Positions 1 to 9,568 of a stretch of DNA of 64,000 nt are shown here, piece by piece; positions within the stretch are counted from its first letter, which is position 1; the number at the start of each line of letters is the position of its first letter. The translations under genes were made by a program, and so were the position numbers. The notes below the pieces were generated by a model. It ran no database searches and had not been told where the DNA came from. It saw only the letters and a program-made list of their open reading frames with translations. Source of the stretch: an uncultured Veillonellaceae bacterium (lineage in GTDB: Bacteria; Bacillota; Negativicutes; JARBTT01). The DNA is taken from the NCBI GenBank assembly GCA_963805085.1, contig CAWDTA010000002.1, positions 640,001 to 704,000 on the forward strand, read 5' to 3'.

Positions 1-111
1 TACTTCTAAACTTTTTGCTTAGGCGAACCGTTTCCAGTACGTCTTTATTTATATTATAACCACAATATCAATAAATATCAATGTAAAAACTATCAATTTT
101 GTCAGACCCTT

Positions 112-585
112 GGGGTCAGGCTTGATTTATATGTAAAATTGACTTATCTTCTTTAATCTTTAATTGTTAGTTAACTCTTGATAAATTCTTGTAATATTGG
201 CTGGATCAATCTGTAGTACTTTTGCTAACTGCGTCCTTGTCATTAGATCTCTCTCAATCACTTCATAAATCAATCGTTTTCTAGCTGCTACTACCTGCCG
301 TATCCGGCACTTCCCTACCAACTTCTCTTGACTTATTTCTTCCTCTACAGTAATCTTCTCTACTAGCTGTTCCCATGTTAACTTCGTTCGGCTTTGTTCC
401 ATTTCTGCTTGTAATAGAGTTTTTTGAGTTTCTTTCCCTTGTTCGTTTTCAACGCTATATTCCAGCTTATCAACGGCGGCCCCTACTAAAATCAGATACT
501 GTGCCCTTGCCTGCTCAGTATTAGTACTTAATGTATTTAATATAAATTCTACATTTACTAATCCCGATGTTCTTTTAACATATGA
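112..585 (-). mobile_element. TIR-bounded RAYT/Y1 element copy 1, 5'-truncated
   Basis: TIR ggggtcaggcttgatttatatgtaaaattgactta at 112-146 followed by sequence near-identical to the 3' half of the intact copies; similarity stops at ~585. Confidence 0.9.
160..585 (-). pseudogene. C-terminal half of RAYT-like transposase
   Basis: SYVKRTSGLVNVEFIL...ELTNN matches intact copies; HUH motif and catalytic Tyr region missing. Confidence 0.9.
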
Positions 586-612
586 AAACGCGGGGACAGG
601 AAAACGCGGGGG
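584..612. repeat. Junction micro-duplication containing a GGGGACAG motif
   Basis: gaaaacgcgggg-acag-gaaaacgcgggg. Confidence 0.75.
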
Positions 613-1631
613 TAAGTAGCCCGAGGGAATTTCACCCTCAGGCTCTCTCAGAACCGGACTTGAACCTCTCAATTCATCCGGCTCCCATCATCTAACCGTT
701 GGAATAATTTCCATTCGCCAATGAACAAATAATTTCTGTTTGCTCTGTGCTATTTCCCTTAGCTTGTTTTGAGCGCGTCTTTTACTAGATTTTAACCTCT
801 TATACTTCTTTACCATCCATCTAATCAGCGTCCAATTTAGTTTGTGTAATATTACTTTCATTGCTGATTTGTAAAAACAGCCGTAATAGTTTATCCAACC
901 TCTAACTACAGGATTGACCATCTGGGCTATATCCACCAGTTCCTTCTCTGTCATCCGATGGATTTTCCATTGTCTTATGGTTTGCCCCATTGCTTTTACA
1001 GCTTTATTGCTTACTGCTGGTAGGAAGTTGAAAGTTCGTATGCTTCCATTACTACTTTCTTGGAAATTTCAAACGATTTTGTTTTGTTCATCGGCTCCTC
1101 CCTTTTGGTTGACCAGTGTTCAAAACTAGATAACACAGTCCCTTTGCTCCATTCCCATTACGGAATTTCATCACTATTACAGACTGTTCCGCCCCTATAC
1201 CCTGCATCTGTACTTTCGTCCTTGCGGGTTCTCCGCTTGAGACTTTTCCTTTATCATCAGGGTCGTAGGTTCCCACGTTCCTAACTAAAGCCTGTGCCAC
1301 GTTCACGCCGCCTCTATACCGGTCGCCATCTGGACAGTAATCAGGTTTCCTCCAGATTCATCCCGGACTACCTGTCAGAACCCGGTTTTGACGACATTTG
1401 CAAGTTTCGATACTTCTACAGCGGTTCAATTTTGTTCGTCTCCATTGGCACTTACCTAACGAAATCTTGTTTCACCTTTTTCCCGTAACGCTCACCACCA
1501 CGGCTTTTGACCGCAGCAGCTTACGGTGGTTTGAAGTCTCCACCTGTATGGCGACTTCGGAGGGCCTTCCTCCATCTCTAGTTAAGCGTAGAGTGTGGAC
1601 GCTAAAGCTTTCACACTCTTTCGTGGCACAC
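612..1631 (-). mobile_element. Group II intron with internally deleted RT/maturase ORF (class D-like)
   Basis: 5' end GTGTGCCACGAA at 1631; 34-nt domain V GAGCCGGATGAATTGAGAGGTTCAAGTCCGGTTC at 684-651; domain VI ending ...CTACTTAC at 612. Confidence 0.85.
688..1091 (-). pseudogene. Intron-encoded protein remnant (N-terminus fused out of frame to maturase domain X)
   Basis: RBS GAGGAG + MNKTKSFEISKKVVMEAYE, joined at ~1034 to FNFLPAVSNKA...NPVVRGWINYYG...LFVHW; RT domains absent. Confidence 0.85.
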
Positions 1632-1827
1632 ACGCGTCAACTTGTCTATTGATTGGGATTTCGAGGCTCAATCTCTTCAACTTATGCTTACGTCCTACTA
1701 TCTTGCTGTCTACGCTTAACCACATGAGTTACCCCATGCCGTCCAAGACTCGCTATGAAGGGTCTGCTAAACCTTGTTCATCGGGGTTCCCACCCGCTAT
1801 ATGATGTACCCCCTTACCTTGGCGCAC
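1632..1827 (-). mobile_element. 5' fragment (domain I) of a second group II intron
   Basis: Begins GTGCGCC at 1827; contains group II DI-like segments CATAGCGAGTCTTGG...GGTAAC...TAAGCGTAGACAG; interrupted by the inner intron at 1631/1632. Confidence 0.7.
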
Positions 1828-1878
1828 GGAACGCCCCCTCTATCCTCGAGGAAACAGTAGAACCGTCCCGTTGTATCC
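1828..1878. repeat. REP-like GGGACGGTTC/GGGGGCGTTC repeat pair
   Basis: Minus strand GGATACAACGGGACGGTTCTACTGTTTCC followed by GGATAGAGGGGGCGTTCC abutting the intron 5' end. Confidence 0.5.
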
Positions 1879-3254
1879 TACGATCCAATAAGCCCTGATT
1901 CCTGTTGCTCAATTTCCTCCAGTGTGCGTCCGCGAGTTTCTGGCACACGAGTCAATACAAACAAAACACCCAGCATACAAATGGCACCGAAGATGGCGAA
2001 CACTGCCGCCTGCGACATAGCACCCGTCATAATAGGGAACAGCAATCCGACCAGCCAGGAACCGATCCAATTGAAGGATGATGCCAATCCTGCCGCTCGA
2101 CCGCGAATAGCCAACGGAAATATTTCTCCCACCAGAACCCACGTAATTGGTGCCCATGTAGCTGAATAGAAGGCAACATAAATAGACAGAAAAAATACAA
2201 TCATCATCGGACTTGTACCCGGTATAAGCCAGTTAATGACCTCTGGCAGAACGAAGGATAACCCCATGATGAAGCCCCCAACCATTAAAAGCGTACGCCG
2301 GTTGAATTTTTCCGCAATCCAAATATATACCAACGACCCAAAAACAAGTATGATCCCTTGAATAATCGGCCACATTAATTCGTTGGTCGCGGCACTGCTG
2401 GTTGCCGTTTCCACAATGAGAGGAATGTAATAAAAGATAGCATTTGCTCCCTGGAATTGCTGGAAAGCGGCGACACCGACACCAGCAATAAGCAGATAAC
2501 GATATCTTTGGCTAAGTAGAGTCCCCCAGCTAATTTGATTCTCCGACTGATTTGCTTGTGCCGCGGTCTCTTTAATTTCTCTAAATTCGTTGTCAATTTC
2601 ATTTTCAGGGCGAACATAACTCAATACCCGCCGCGCCTCATCATAATGACCGTTTTTAATCAAATAGCGCGGAGATTCAGGCAAGCGCAGGACGCCAAAA
2701 AACAAGGCAACAGCGGGCAGGCAGGCAAAGCCCAGCATCAACCGCCAGGACATTTCGCCCGGCAAATCCTTCATTAAAAAATCGACAATATATGAAATCA
2801 ACATACCTGAAACGATCATGGTCTGATTAATTCCAGAAAGACGTCCGCGCATACGGGCCGGCGCCAACTCGGAAATATAGGCTGGTACTAAGGCTGAAGC
2901 TGCGCCAACACCCAGCCCCAAAAGCACACGGGCTATGATCAAATAAGTTTGTCCATTATTGGGAACTATCCCCGACACCAGTGCGAAAATCGCAAATATT
3001 ACGGCTGAAATCAAAATCATTTTACGCCGCCCTAATTTATCCGCAAGCTGACCGGCCAAAGCACCGCCAAAAATTGCCCCGAACATAACCGAAGATGTGA
3101 TCCAACCAATCTTTGAGGCATCAGTAAGATGCCAGTCGTGCGTCAAAAAGGGCAGCGCCCCAGTCATAACACCGATATCATAACCAAAAAGAATGCCACC
3201 AAATGCTCCGAAAAAATAAATATAATACCTTGATATTTTCTTTGTCTCTTCCAT
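1878..3254 (-). CDS. araE: Sugar porter family MFS transporter (arabinose-proton symporter-like)
   Basis: GGILFGYDIG, DKLGRR, PAYISELAP, PESPRYL, QQFQGANA, PETRGRTLEEI motifs; next to araA. Confidence 0.85.
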   Translation of the reverse strand: MEETKKISRYYIYFFGAFGGILFGYDIGVMTGALPFLTHDWHLTDASKIGWITSSVMFGAIFGGALAGQLADKLGRRKMILISAVIFAIFALVSGIVPNNGQTYLIIARVLLGLGVGAASALVPAYISELAPARMRGRLSGINQTMIVSGMLISYIVDFLMKDLPGEMSWRLMLGFACLPAVALFFGVLRLPESPRYLIKNGHYDEARRVLSYVRPENEIDNEFREIKETAAQANQSENQISWGTLLSQRYRYLLIAGVGVAAFQQFQGANAIFYYIPLIVETATSSAATNELMWPIIQGIILVFGSLVYIWIAEKFNRRTLLMVGGFIMGLSFVLPEVINWLIPGTSPMMIVFFLSIYVAFYSATWAPITWVLVGEIFPLAIRGRAAGLASSFNWIGSWLVGLLFPIMTGAMSQAAVFAIFGAICMLGVLFVLTRVPETRGRTLEEIEQQESGLIGS

Positions 3255-3436
3255 TTTTGCACCTCTCCATTATTATAAGAAGATACTGGAATTTATTCCG
3301 GGATTCTCCCAAAACCAATATTCTTAATGCGATTTCTAATCCGAAAACAGCTCTGTTTCAGGTTCTTTGTATCTATAATCGATGATATAATTCCCCTACG
3401 GACACGAAAATCGGTTGAATTTCATCTATGGTTATG

Positions 3437-3478
3437 TTTGCATTTCAGGCGTAATACAAATTTCGCCCGAAATGCAAA
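3437..3478 (-). terminator. Hairpin downstream of araA
   Basis: tttgcatttcaggcg...cgcccgaaatgcaaa inverted repeat. Confidence 0.5.
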
Positions 3479-3496
3479 CTTTATTTGTCGGCAGTC

Positions 3497-4921
3497 TTAA
3501 TCAATCACAATCGATTCAATACCGAACATCCCAGCCAGATCATTGATTTGTTCTTCTGTTAATACAAAAGAAAAAACAGAATGATGTCCGCCGCCATTTT
3601 GAATCCATCTAATCGCTCCTTCCTTAAGACCAACTTTCGGCGTCCATAATTGCTTAGCCACTGGCAAATGAGGCGTATCTTCTTCTGGTTTGTTGCCAGT
3701 TACCGGATAGCTAAGCAATTTAAAACCGTCAGAAAAATGCGAAAGGGTCACATCAATGGCATCTCCTTCAGAGCCTGTAAACACAAGGCGTGCCGGATCT
3801 CCCTTGCCACCGATATCGAGCGGATGAACTTCAACACGTGGTTTTTCACTAGCAATCGACGGATCCACTTCCAACATGTGAGCCCCTAAGATGGCTTCAT
3901 GCCCTTTTCGCAAATCAAGAGTATAATCTTCCATGAAAGCAGTCCGCTCATTATGCGCCATAATTTTCAGCAATCTGCTTAACCCGGCGGATTTGCCGTC
4001 GCCCTCAGCACCAAAACCATATCCATCACGCATCAACAATTGGCTTGCAAGACCGGGCAACTGTTCCAGACCGTGCAGATCTTCAAAATTTGTAGTAAAG
4101 GCCGTATATCCACCGCGTTCCAAAAATCTTTTAATACCGAGATATTCTTTCAGTTGAACCCGTACTGAATGTTCAAATTTATCGGTGCTGTTGTTACCTT
4201 GAACCAAAGTATACTGTGCCTGCAAAGCTTTGTATTCCTTATCTATGTCGCTACCGCTGACTTTAGTGATTTCTTCTACCAGATCGCCAACACCGTAATA
4301 GTCGATCGTCCAGCCAAGTGTTATCTGGGCTTCAACTTTATCAAGCTCAGTAACGGCAACATTGCGCATTGTATCACCGAAACGGCATATTTTGATTTTA
4401 AAGCTTTCGTTATAAGCCACAGCTACATCTTCCCAACAGGCAATTTCTTTCTGAACCTCTTCATCCCCCCAGTAGCCATAAACAATTTTATTGTTTTTGC
4501 GCAAACGGGCATTGATGTACCCATATTCACGATCACCATGCGCACTTTGATTCAGATTCATATAATCAAAGTCAATTGTACTATAGGGAATTTTATCTAA
4601 ATACTGAGTTGCCAAATGCAATAAAGGCTTCTGTAGCAGCTTCGTGCCTCGAATCCAATTCTTTGCCGGTGAAAAAGTATGCATCCATGTGATAACACCA
4701 GCAACATTGTCGTTATAATTTGCTTCTTTCATAAATTTAGTAATCCCGTCGGCAGTCGTCATAACATCTTTAAATACAATTTTGTAAGGCAACTTACCGC
4801 TCGTATTCAATTTTTTCACAACATCCTGTGCATCATCGGCAACCTGTTTTAATTGTTCCTCCCCATAAAGAAATTGACTTCCGGTGACAAACCAAAATTC
4901 ATACGCTGGAACTGATAACAT
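3497..4921 (-). CDS. araA: L-arabinose isomerase
   Basis: [52 protein letters not shown]. Confidence 0.97.
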   Translation of the reverse strand: MLSVPAYEFWFVTGSQFLYGEEQLKQVADDAQDVVKKLNTSGKLPYKIVFKDVMTTADGITKFMKEANYNDNVAGVITWMHTFSPAKNWIRGTKLLQKPLLHLATQYLDKIPYSTIDFDYMNLNQSAHGDREYGYINARLRKNNKIVYGYWGDEEVQKEIACWEDVAVAYNESFKIKICRFGDTMRNVAVTELDKVEAQITLGWTIDYYGVGDLVEEITKVSGSDIDKEYKALQAQYTLVQGNNSTDKFEHSVRVQLKEYLGIKRFLERGGYTAFTTNFEDLHGLEQLPGLASQLLMRDGYGFGAEGDGKSAGLSRLLKIMAHNERTAFMEDYTLDLRKGHEAILGAHMLEVDPSIASEKPRVEVHPLDIGGKGDPARLVFTGSEGDAIDVTLSHFSDGFKLLSYPVTGNKPEEDTPHLPVAKQLWTPKVGLKEGAIRWIQNGGGHHSVFSFVLTEEQINDLAGMFGIESIVID

Positions 4922-5032
4922 TTTTCATTACTCCTTTGTCTAAAATATGGATATAATACGATATTAATTAAATTTAAAATTTTCAGTTTATTAAGACCTA
5001 AAACAATGTTTTGAATTTTTGCATAAAACTCC

Positions 5033-6643
5033 TCATTTTTCCTCATGAAGCTTATCAATCGCATTTTGTTCAACAGACAAACCTGCCTGATAAATCCTGA
5101 TGAATTTTTCATATCCGATGACGCCTATTGGCTCTGGATTCAACGTCATTGCTTCGGGATTTGCAAAAACTTTTTGGTCCAGAAAATCCTCAAGACTCTT
5201 AGTTTTGTCACCTTCTCTTACGTAGGATGCCAGTACCGCCATGCCCCAAGGCCCCCCCTGGCTTGCAGTTTTCATAACCGTAATGGGCGTGTCAAGCGCA
5301 TTGGCTAAAATTTGTTGGGCAATCACCGGTGTTTTGAAGAGTCCGCCCTGTGCAATAAGAACTTCGGTTTTTATCTGTTCTTCATTTTTCAAGATATCCA
5401 TACCGATTTTCAACGGAGCAAACGCGGAATAAAGCTGCGTTAAAATAAAGTTCGCCAAAGAAAATTCACAATTCGGCGTTCTGACAAATAGAGGCCGCCC
5501 GGCAGACATTTTGGTGATATTCTCACCTGACAAATAGCTGTAATTGACAAGTCCGCCTGCATCAGGCTTAGCCTTTGCAGTCACAAGGAACAATGCTTCA
5601 TACAATTTATCCGGCTTTAAATCAACGCCAAGCCGACTAGCAAACTGTCTGAAAATTTCCGCCCATGCATTGATATCTGACGAGCAGTTATTAATATGTA
5701 CCATCGCCACCGGAAAACCGTCCGGCGTCATTACGATGTCGATGTCGCGGTGCACTTTTGCTAACGGCTTATCCAGAACCACCATCGAAAAAGCAGAAGT
5801 TCCCACCGAGATATTACCCGTTCTTTTCCGAACGCTATTTGTCGCTACCATTCCGGTACCGGCATCGCCTTCCGGAGGCGCCATTATGCTGCCACTGACA
5901 AGATTCCCATTAACATCAAGCAATTTGGCTCCTTCTTCACTCAACATTCCGGCTGCTTGCCCCGCTTTAAGCACCTTAGGCAGAATACCATGAATATCCC
6001 ATGGATATTTCTTTACCTCCGCCAATTGACTAAAGCATTTTAAAAATTCTTCATTGTACGTACCTGTTTGTTCATCAATCGGAAAAGCTCCCGACGCATC
6101 CCCGATGCCAAGAATTTTCTGCCCAGAAAGTTTCCAATGTACATAACCTGCCAGAGTGGTGATGAATACTATTTTTCTGACATGCTCCTCTTCATTCAAA
6201 ACAGCCTGATATAAGTGCGCAATACACCAACGCTGTGGAATATTGAAACCAAATAGCTTTGTCAGCCTGTCTGTAGCCGGGCTAGTTGTATTGTTCCGCC
6301 AGGTTCTGAAAGGAGTTAGTAACTCATCTTCTTCTGAAAAAGCAAGATAGCCATGCATCATAGCACTGATACCAATCGAGCCGATATGAATCAAAGACTG
6401 ATGATACTTGCTCTTAACATCTGCCGTCAACTGTCTGTAACTTTCCCTGATTCCTTCCCATACCTGATCCAAAGGATAAGTCCATATGCCCTCCTTGTAC
6501 TGATTCTCCCAAACATAACAACCTGACGCTACAGTCTTAAAATCATCGGTGACCAGCACCGATTTGATTTGCGTCGATCCTAGCTCAATTCCAAGGGAAA
6601 TACGTCCTTCTTTTATTGCTTGAGAAATTTCTACTAAATTCAT
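5033..6643 (-). CDS. araB: FGGY-family L-ribulokinase (AraB/AraK type)
   Basis: LGIELGSTQIK, SAMMHGY, FNIPQRW, PEGDAGTGM; RBS GGAGG before ATG 6643. Confidence 0.85.
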   Translation of the reverse strand: MNLVEISQAIKEGRISLGIELGSTQIKSVLVTDDFKTVASGCYVWENQYKEGIWTYPLDQVWEGIRESYRQLTADVKSKYHQSLIHIGSIGISAMMHGYLAFSEEDELLTPFRTWRNNTTSPATDRLTKLFGFNIPQRWCIAHLYQAVLNEEEHVRKIVFITTLAGYVHWKLSGQKILGIGDASGAFPIDEQTGTYNEEFLKCFSQLAEVKKYPWDIHGILPKVLKAGQAAGMLSEEGAKLLDVNGNLVSGSIMAPPEGDAGTGMVATNSVRKRTGNISVGTSAFSMVVLDKPLAKVHRDIDIVMTPDGFPVAMVHINNCSSDINAWAEIFRQFASRLGVDLKPDKLYEALFLVTAKAKPDAGGLVNYSYLSGENITKMSAGRPLFVRTPNCEFSLANFILTQLYSAFAPLKIGMDILKNEEQIKTEVLIAQGGLFKTPVIAQQILANALDTPITVMKTASQGGPWGMAVLASYVREGDKTKSLEDFLDQKVFANPEAMTLNPEPIGVIGYEKFIRIYQAGLSVEQNAIDKLHEEK

Positions 6644-6954
6644 TAAAAACAGTACACCTCCCAAAATCCAAATAATATCACTTTGGCTTCATTCTTATAT
6701 ACAATACAAGCGTTGAATAAAGCATGACTTTCTATTATGTAGAAAGTTGTGATTTTTCAGACTAATTATAAATAACACCTACTCTGACCTAATGTCACGC
6801 CAAGAACCCGCTTCATCATATATGCAAGCATCCTGAAGCAATGCGGCGTATATTGCTTTTGGTCAAGTGAAAATTTACAGTCTGCCATAAAAAACTGATT
6901 CCATCGACTATACGTTTAATACCAAACTATCTTCTTTAAATTTATCCTCCTTTT

Positions 6955-7008
6955 AAACATCATACAACTTTATATATTCATCATACAACTTTTCTTTTTT
7001 ACTGTAAA
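6955..7008 (-). promoter_or_regulatory. Sigma70 promoter overlapped by tandem operator AAGTTGTATGATG
   Basis: TTTACA(7008-7003)-17-TATGAT(6985-6980); catcatacaactt at 6958-6970 and 6979-6991. Confidence 0.65.
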
Positions 7009-7190
7009 TATTTATTTAAAATATTATGAATAAAATTTTTATGAATGGACAATTCTTTAATTTTTTTGGCTGAAATTTGAACAAATCATTATTTCAAATT
7101 TTTTATTGATGTTCTTTCAACAAGGTTCGGTAGGAACCATTGGGGTCAGGCTTGAGTTATATGTAAAATTGACTTATTCTTCTTTACTCT

Positions 7191-8039
7191 TTAATTGCTG
7201 GTTAACTCTTGACAAATTCTTGTAATATTGGCTGGATCAATCTGCAGTACATTGGCTAACTGCGTCCTTGTCATTAGCTCCCTCTCAAGCGCTTCATAAA
7301 TCAATCTTTTTCTAGCTGCTACTACCTGCCGTATCCGGCACTTCCCTACCAACTTCTCTTGACTTATTTCTTCCTCTACAGTAATCTTCTCTACGAGCTG
7401 TTCCCATGTTAACTTCGTTCGGCTTTGTTCCATTTCTGCTTGTAATAGAGTTTTTTGAGTCTCTTTCCCTTGTTCATTTTCAACGCTACATTCCAGCTTA
7501 TCAACGACAGCTCCAACTAAAATCAGATACTGTGCCCTTGCCTTCTCAGTATTAGTACTCAATGTATTTAATATAAATTCTACATTTACTAATCCCGATG
7601 CTCTTCTAACATATAACAGATGACTGCTCCACCTATAGTCCACTCCCTCCAGCATGCTTGCCCGTACTGGATTTTGATGAATATAACATATAAGAGCCAT
7701 TAGATAACTTTCTTTCTCACAGATAAAGGCCTTGTAGCGTTGTTCAAATACATGTCCGCTATGTTTCTGATGCCAATTATAATGTTGCGTATACCTCTGT
7801 TGAATGCCTTGCATAATTTTTGCCAATGGATCTTTTCCTACTTGAAGTAGTAAGTGGACATGATTGTCCATAATCACATAAGCGTACAATTGAAAGTCAT
7901 ATCGCTTTTTATAGTCGGCTAAAATCTCTAGATATTTACCCTTTTTTTCCTCTGCTTCAAATACACGTTCCCTATTATTTCCTCTGGCTATTACGTGATA
8001 GATTGCACCTTCATAGTGTACCCTTGGTCTTCTTGCCAT
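7191..8039 (-). CDS. RAYT-like HUH/Y1 tyrosine transposase with C-terminal HTH
   Basis: MARRPR, YHVIARGNNR, MDNHVHLL (HUH), GHVFEQRY, YIHQNPVRA, YRWSS. Confidence 0.92.
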   Translation of the reverse strand: MARRPRVHYEGAIYHVIARGNNRERVFEAEEKKGKYLEILADYKKRYDFQLYAYVIMDNHVHLLLQVGKDPLAKIMQGIQQRYTQHYNWHQKHSGHVFEQRYKAFICEKESYLMALICYIHQNPVRASMLEGVDYRWSSHLLYVRRASGLVNVEFILNTLSTNTEKARAQYLILVGAVVDKLECSVENEQGKETQKTLLQAEMEQSRTKLTWEQLVEKITVEEEISQEKLVGKCRIRQVVAARKRLIYEALERELMTRTQLANVLQIDPANITRICQELTSN

Positions 8040-8070
8040 CCTTCTCACCCACCAATTTTTCTTGATTTCA

Positions 8071-8099
8071 AGCTTAGCAGGTCTTTTAATATAAGTCAA
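8071..8099 (-). promoter_or_regulatory. Transposase promoter with -35 inside the TIR
   Basis: TTGACT-17-TAAGCT with TG extension; conserved in copies 3 and 5. Confidence 0.55.
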
Positions 8100-8152
8100 T
8101 TTTTCATATAACTCAAGCCTGACCCCAATAGTTTTTATTTTATACTAGTATA

Positions 8153-9184
8153 TTATTTATTTACTACTCCTATATTTACTTGTGGCGTAAGACGAAAATA
8201 GTAATCATCCTGTATGGGATAATATTTAGGAGAACATTTATCCAGAATCGGAAAATCATATCCATTATGTAAATCCTTTAGAGAATCCAGATATACATCA
8301 GACAGTTGAAAATCGAGGTATACTTTATCACCATATTCAGGCTCTTTAAAGGTACCGCTTTCTCTGCGTTTTTTTAATTCAATCGTATCTCTTTTTTCTA
8401 CATTTCCGTGCTTTTCAATACAAAATGTTTCCCAATGTATTGAACCCATGCCTTCCGCGTTCATCCATTCATGAGCCATATCTGTTTGCGCTAATAAATT
8501 GCCTCCTGTACTCAAATTAAGATCAGGGAAATGTGCCATTTCAAACAGTTGGTTTTCTAATCGTTGATATCCAGGCAACATAATGCATCTATCATTACCA
8601 TAAAATAAAATAATTTTACCAGTAGGTTTTGTTACTCTCACAAATTCTTTGAAAATCAATCGTGGATCAGTAAAAATTCCGGGACATAGTGTATCACAGC
8701 ACCATATCCAATCAAAGGTGTTATCTGGAATCGTACATAATTTACCTTCTTCGTCAACATATTGCAAAGGCTTTTGATTAAAATCAGATGTTGCTACTTT
8801 AACACTCAGTTCAGGATAAGTACTATTTAAATATTTCGCTTTAACATTTCTTGCATATTCAACATGCTCTGGTGTGTAGTCAAGACAAAGAATTTCTCCA
8901 TTGTTCTTTATTCCTGAAGATAATAAAGGAAGAATTCCTCCTGGGCCACATCCTGCATCCAGACCATAGCTTCCTTTAGGCAAATTCGCCAATTCAATAG
9001 CTTTACTATATCCCTTCCACATCATACTGTTAAAAGAAAGCATTTGTTTTACATAGGGAGATAAAGTTACTTTCTCGTTATAAATTGTATTTTGAACAAC
9101 GTTTGCCGTCTTTGTAAAGCCTTGATTCTGCATAACCTTTTTATCAGAAAAATAATAATTTGTCCTTCTTATATTTGTTAACAT
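8153..9184 (-). CDS. Class I SAM-dependent methyltransferase
   Basis: LDAGCGPG motif I, IPDNTFDWIWC, EFVRVTKPTG. Confidence 0.85.
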   Translation of the reverse strand: MLTNIRRTNYYFSDKKVMQNQGFTKTANVVQNTIYNEKVTLSPYVKQMLSFNSMMWKGYSKAIELANLPKGSYGLDAGCGPGGILPLLSSGIKNNGEILCLDYTPEHVEYARNVKAKYLNSTYPELSVKVATSDFNQKPLQYVDEEGKLCTIPDNTFDWIWCCDTLCPGIFTDPRLIFKEFVRVTKPTGKIILFYGNDRCIMLPGYQRLENQLFEMAHFPDLNLSTGGNLLAQTDMAHEWMNAEGMGSIHWETFCIEKHGNVEKRDTIELKKRRESGTFKEPEYGDKVYLDFQLSDVYLDSLKDLHNGYDFPILDKCSPKYYPIQDDYYFRLTPQVNIGVVNK

Positions 9185-9568
9185 TTTTCCACCTCATATA
9201 CTCTAGAGTACAAGCTCTATTTTTTTAGAAACCCATTTCCTAACCAGAAAAACCTTACTTATGTTCGAAATCACAAATTTTTAGGGCATGTTTACCGAGA
9301 GACTACTTCTATACAATAGGCTTTGTATTACTTCAATGTATCACACACCTCCAATGCCATTTTTTTATTTTACCTCCCCTTTCTTTATCCGTACAAAATC
9401 TCTAATTTTTAGCTAATTGTCCATATCATTTTGGGATTACTAGCAAGCGATATCGCTTAACATCAGCCGAAAGCTCTCCCGAATAACCGAGTGTTTTCAT
9501 ATTTTTCATTTCTGATTTCTAAAAAATAAGCTTTAAAGCCAGTTTTTGCACTACAAAAGTTAATTTGA

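Larger units (their letters stand above)
7142..8126 (-). mobile_element. TIR-bounded RAYT/Y1 element copy 2 (intact)
   Basis: ggggtcaggcttgagttatatgtaaaattgactta ... taagtcaatttttcatataactcaagcctgacccc. Confidence 0.92.

Noticed and set aside
586-672. N-terminus MRGSSPVLREPEGEIPSGYL of ORF 160-672
   Set aside because: Translation of group II intron domains V/VI, not protein
914-1804. Plus-strand ORFs and ORF 1088-1306
   Set aside because: They overlap intron RNA structure and show no protein motifs
8040-8099. Longer start for RAYT copy 2
   Set aside because: Runs through the promoter/TIR and is not shared by the other copies
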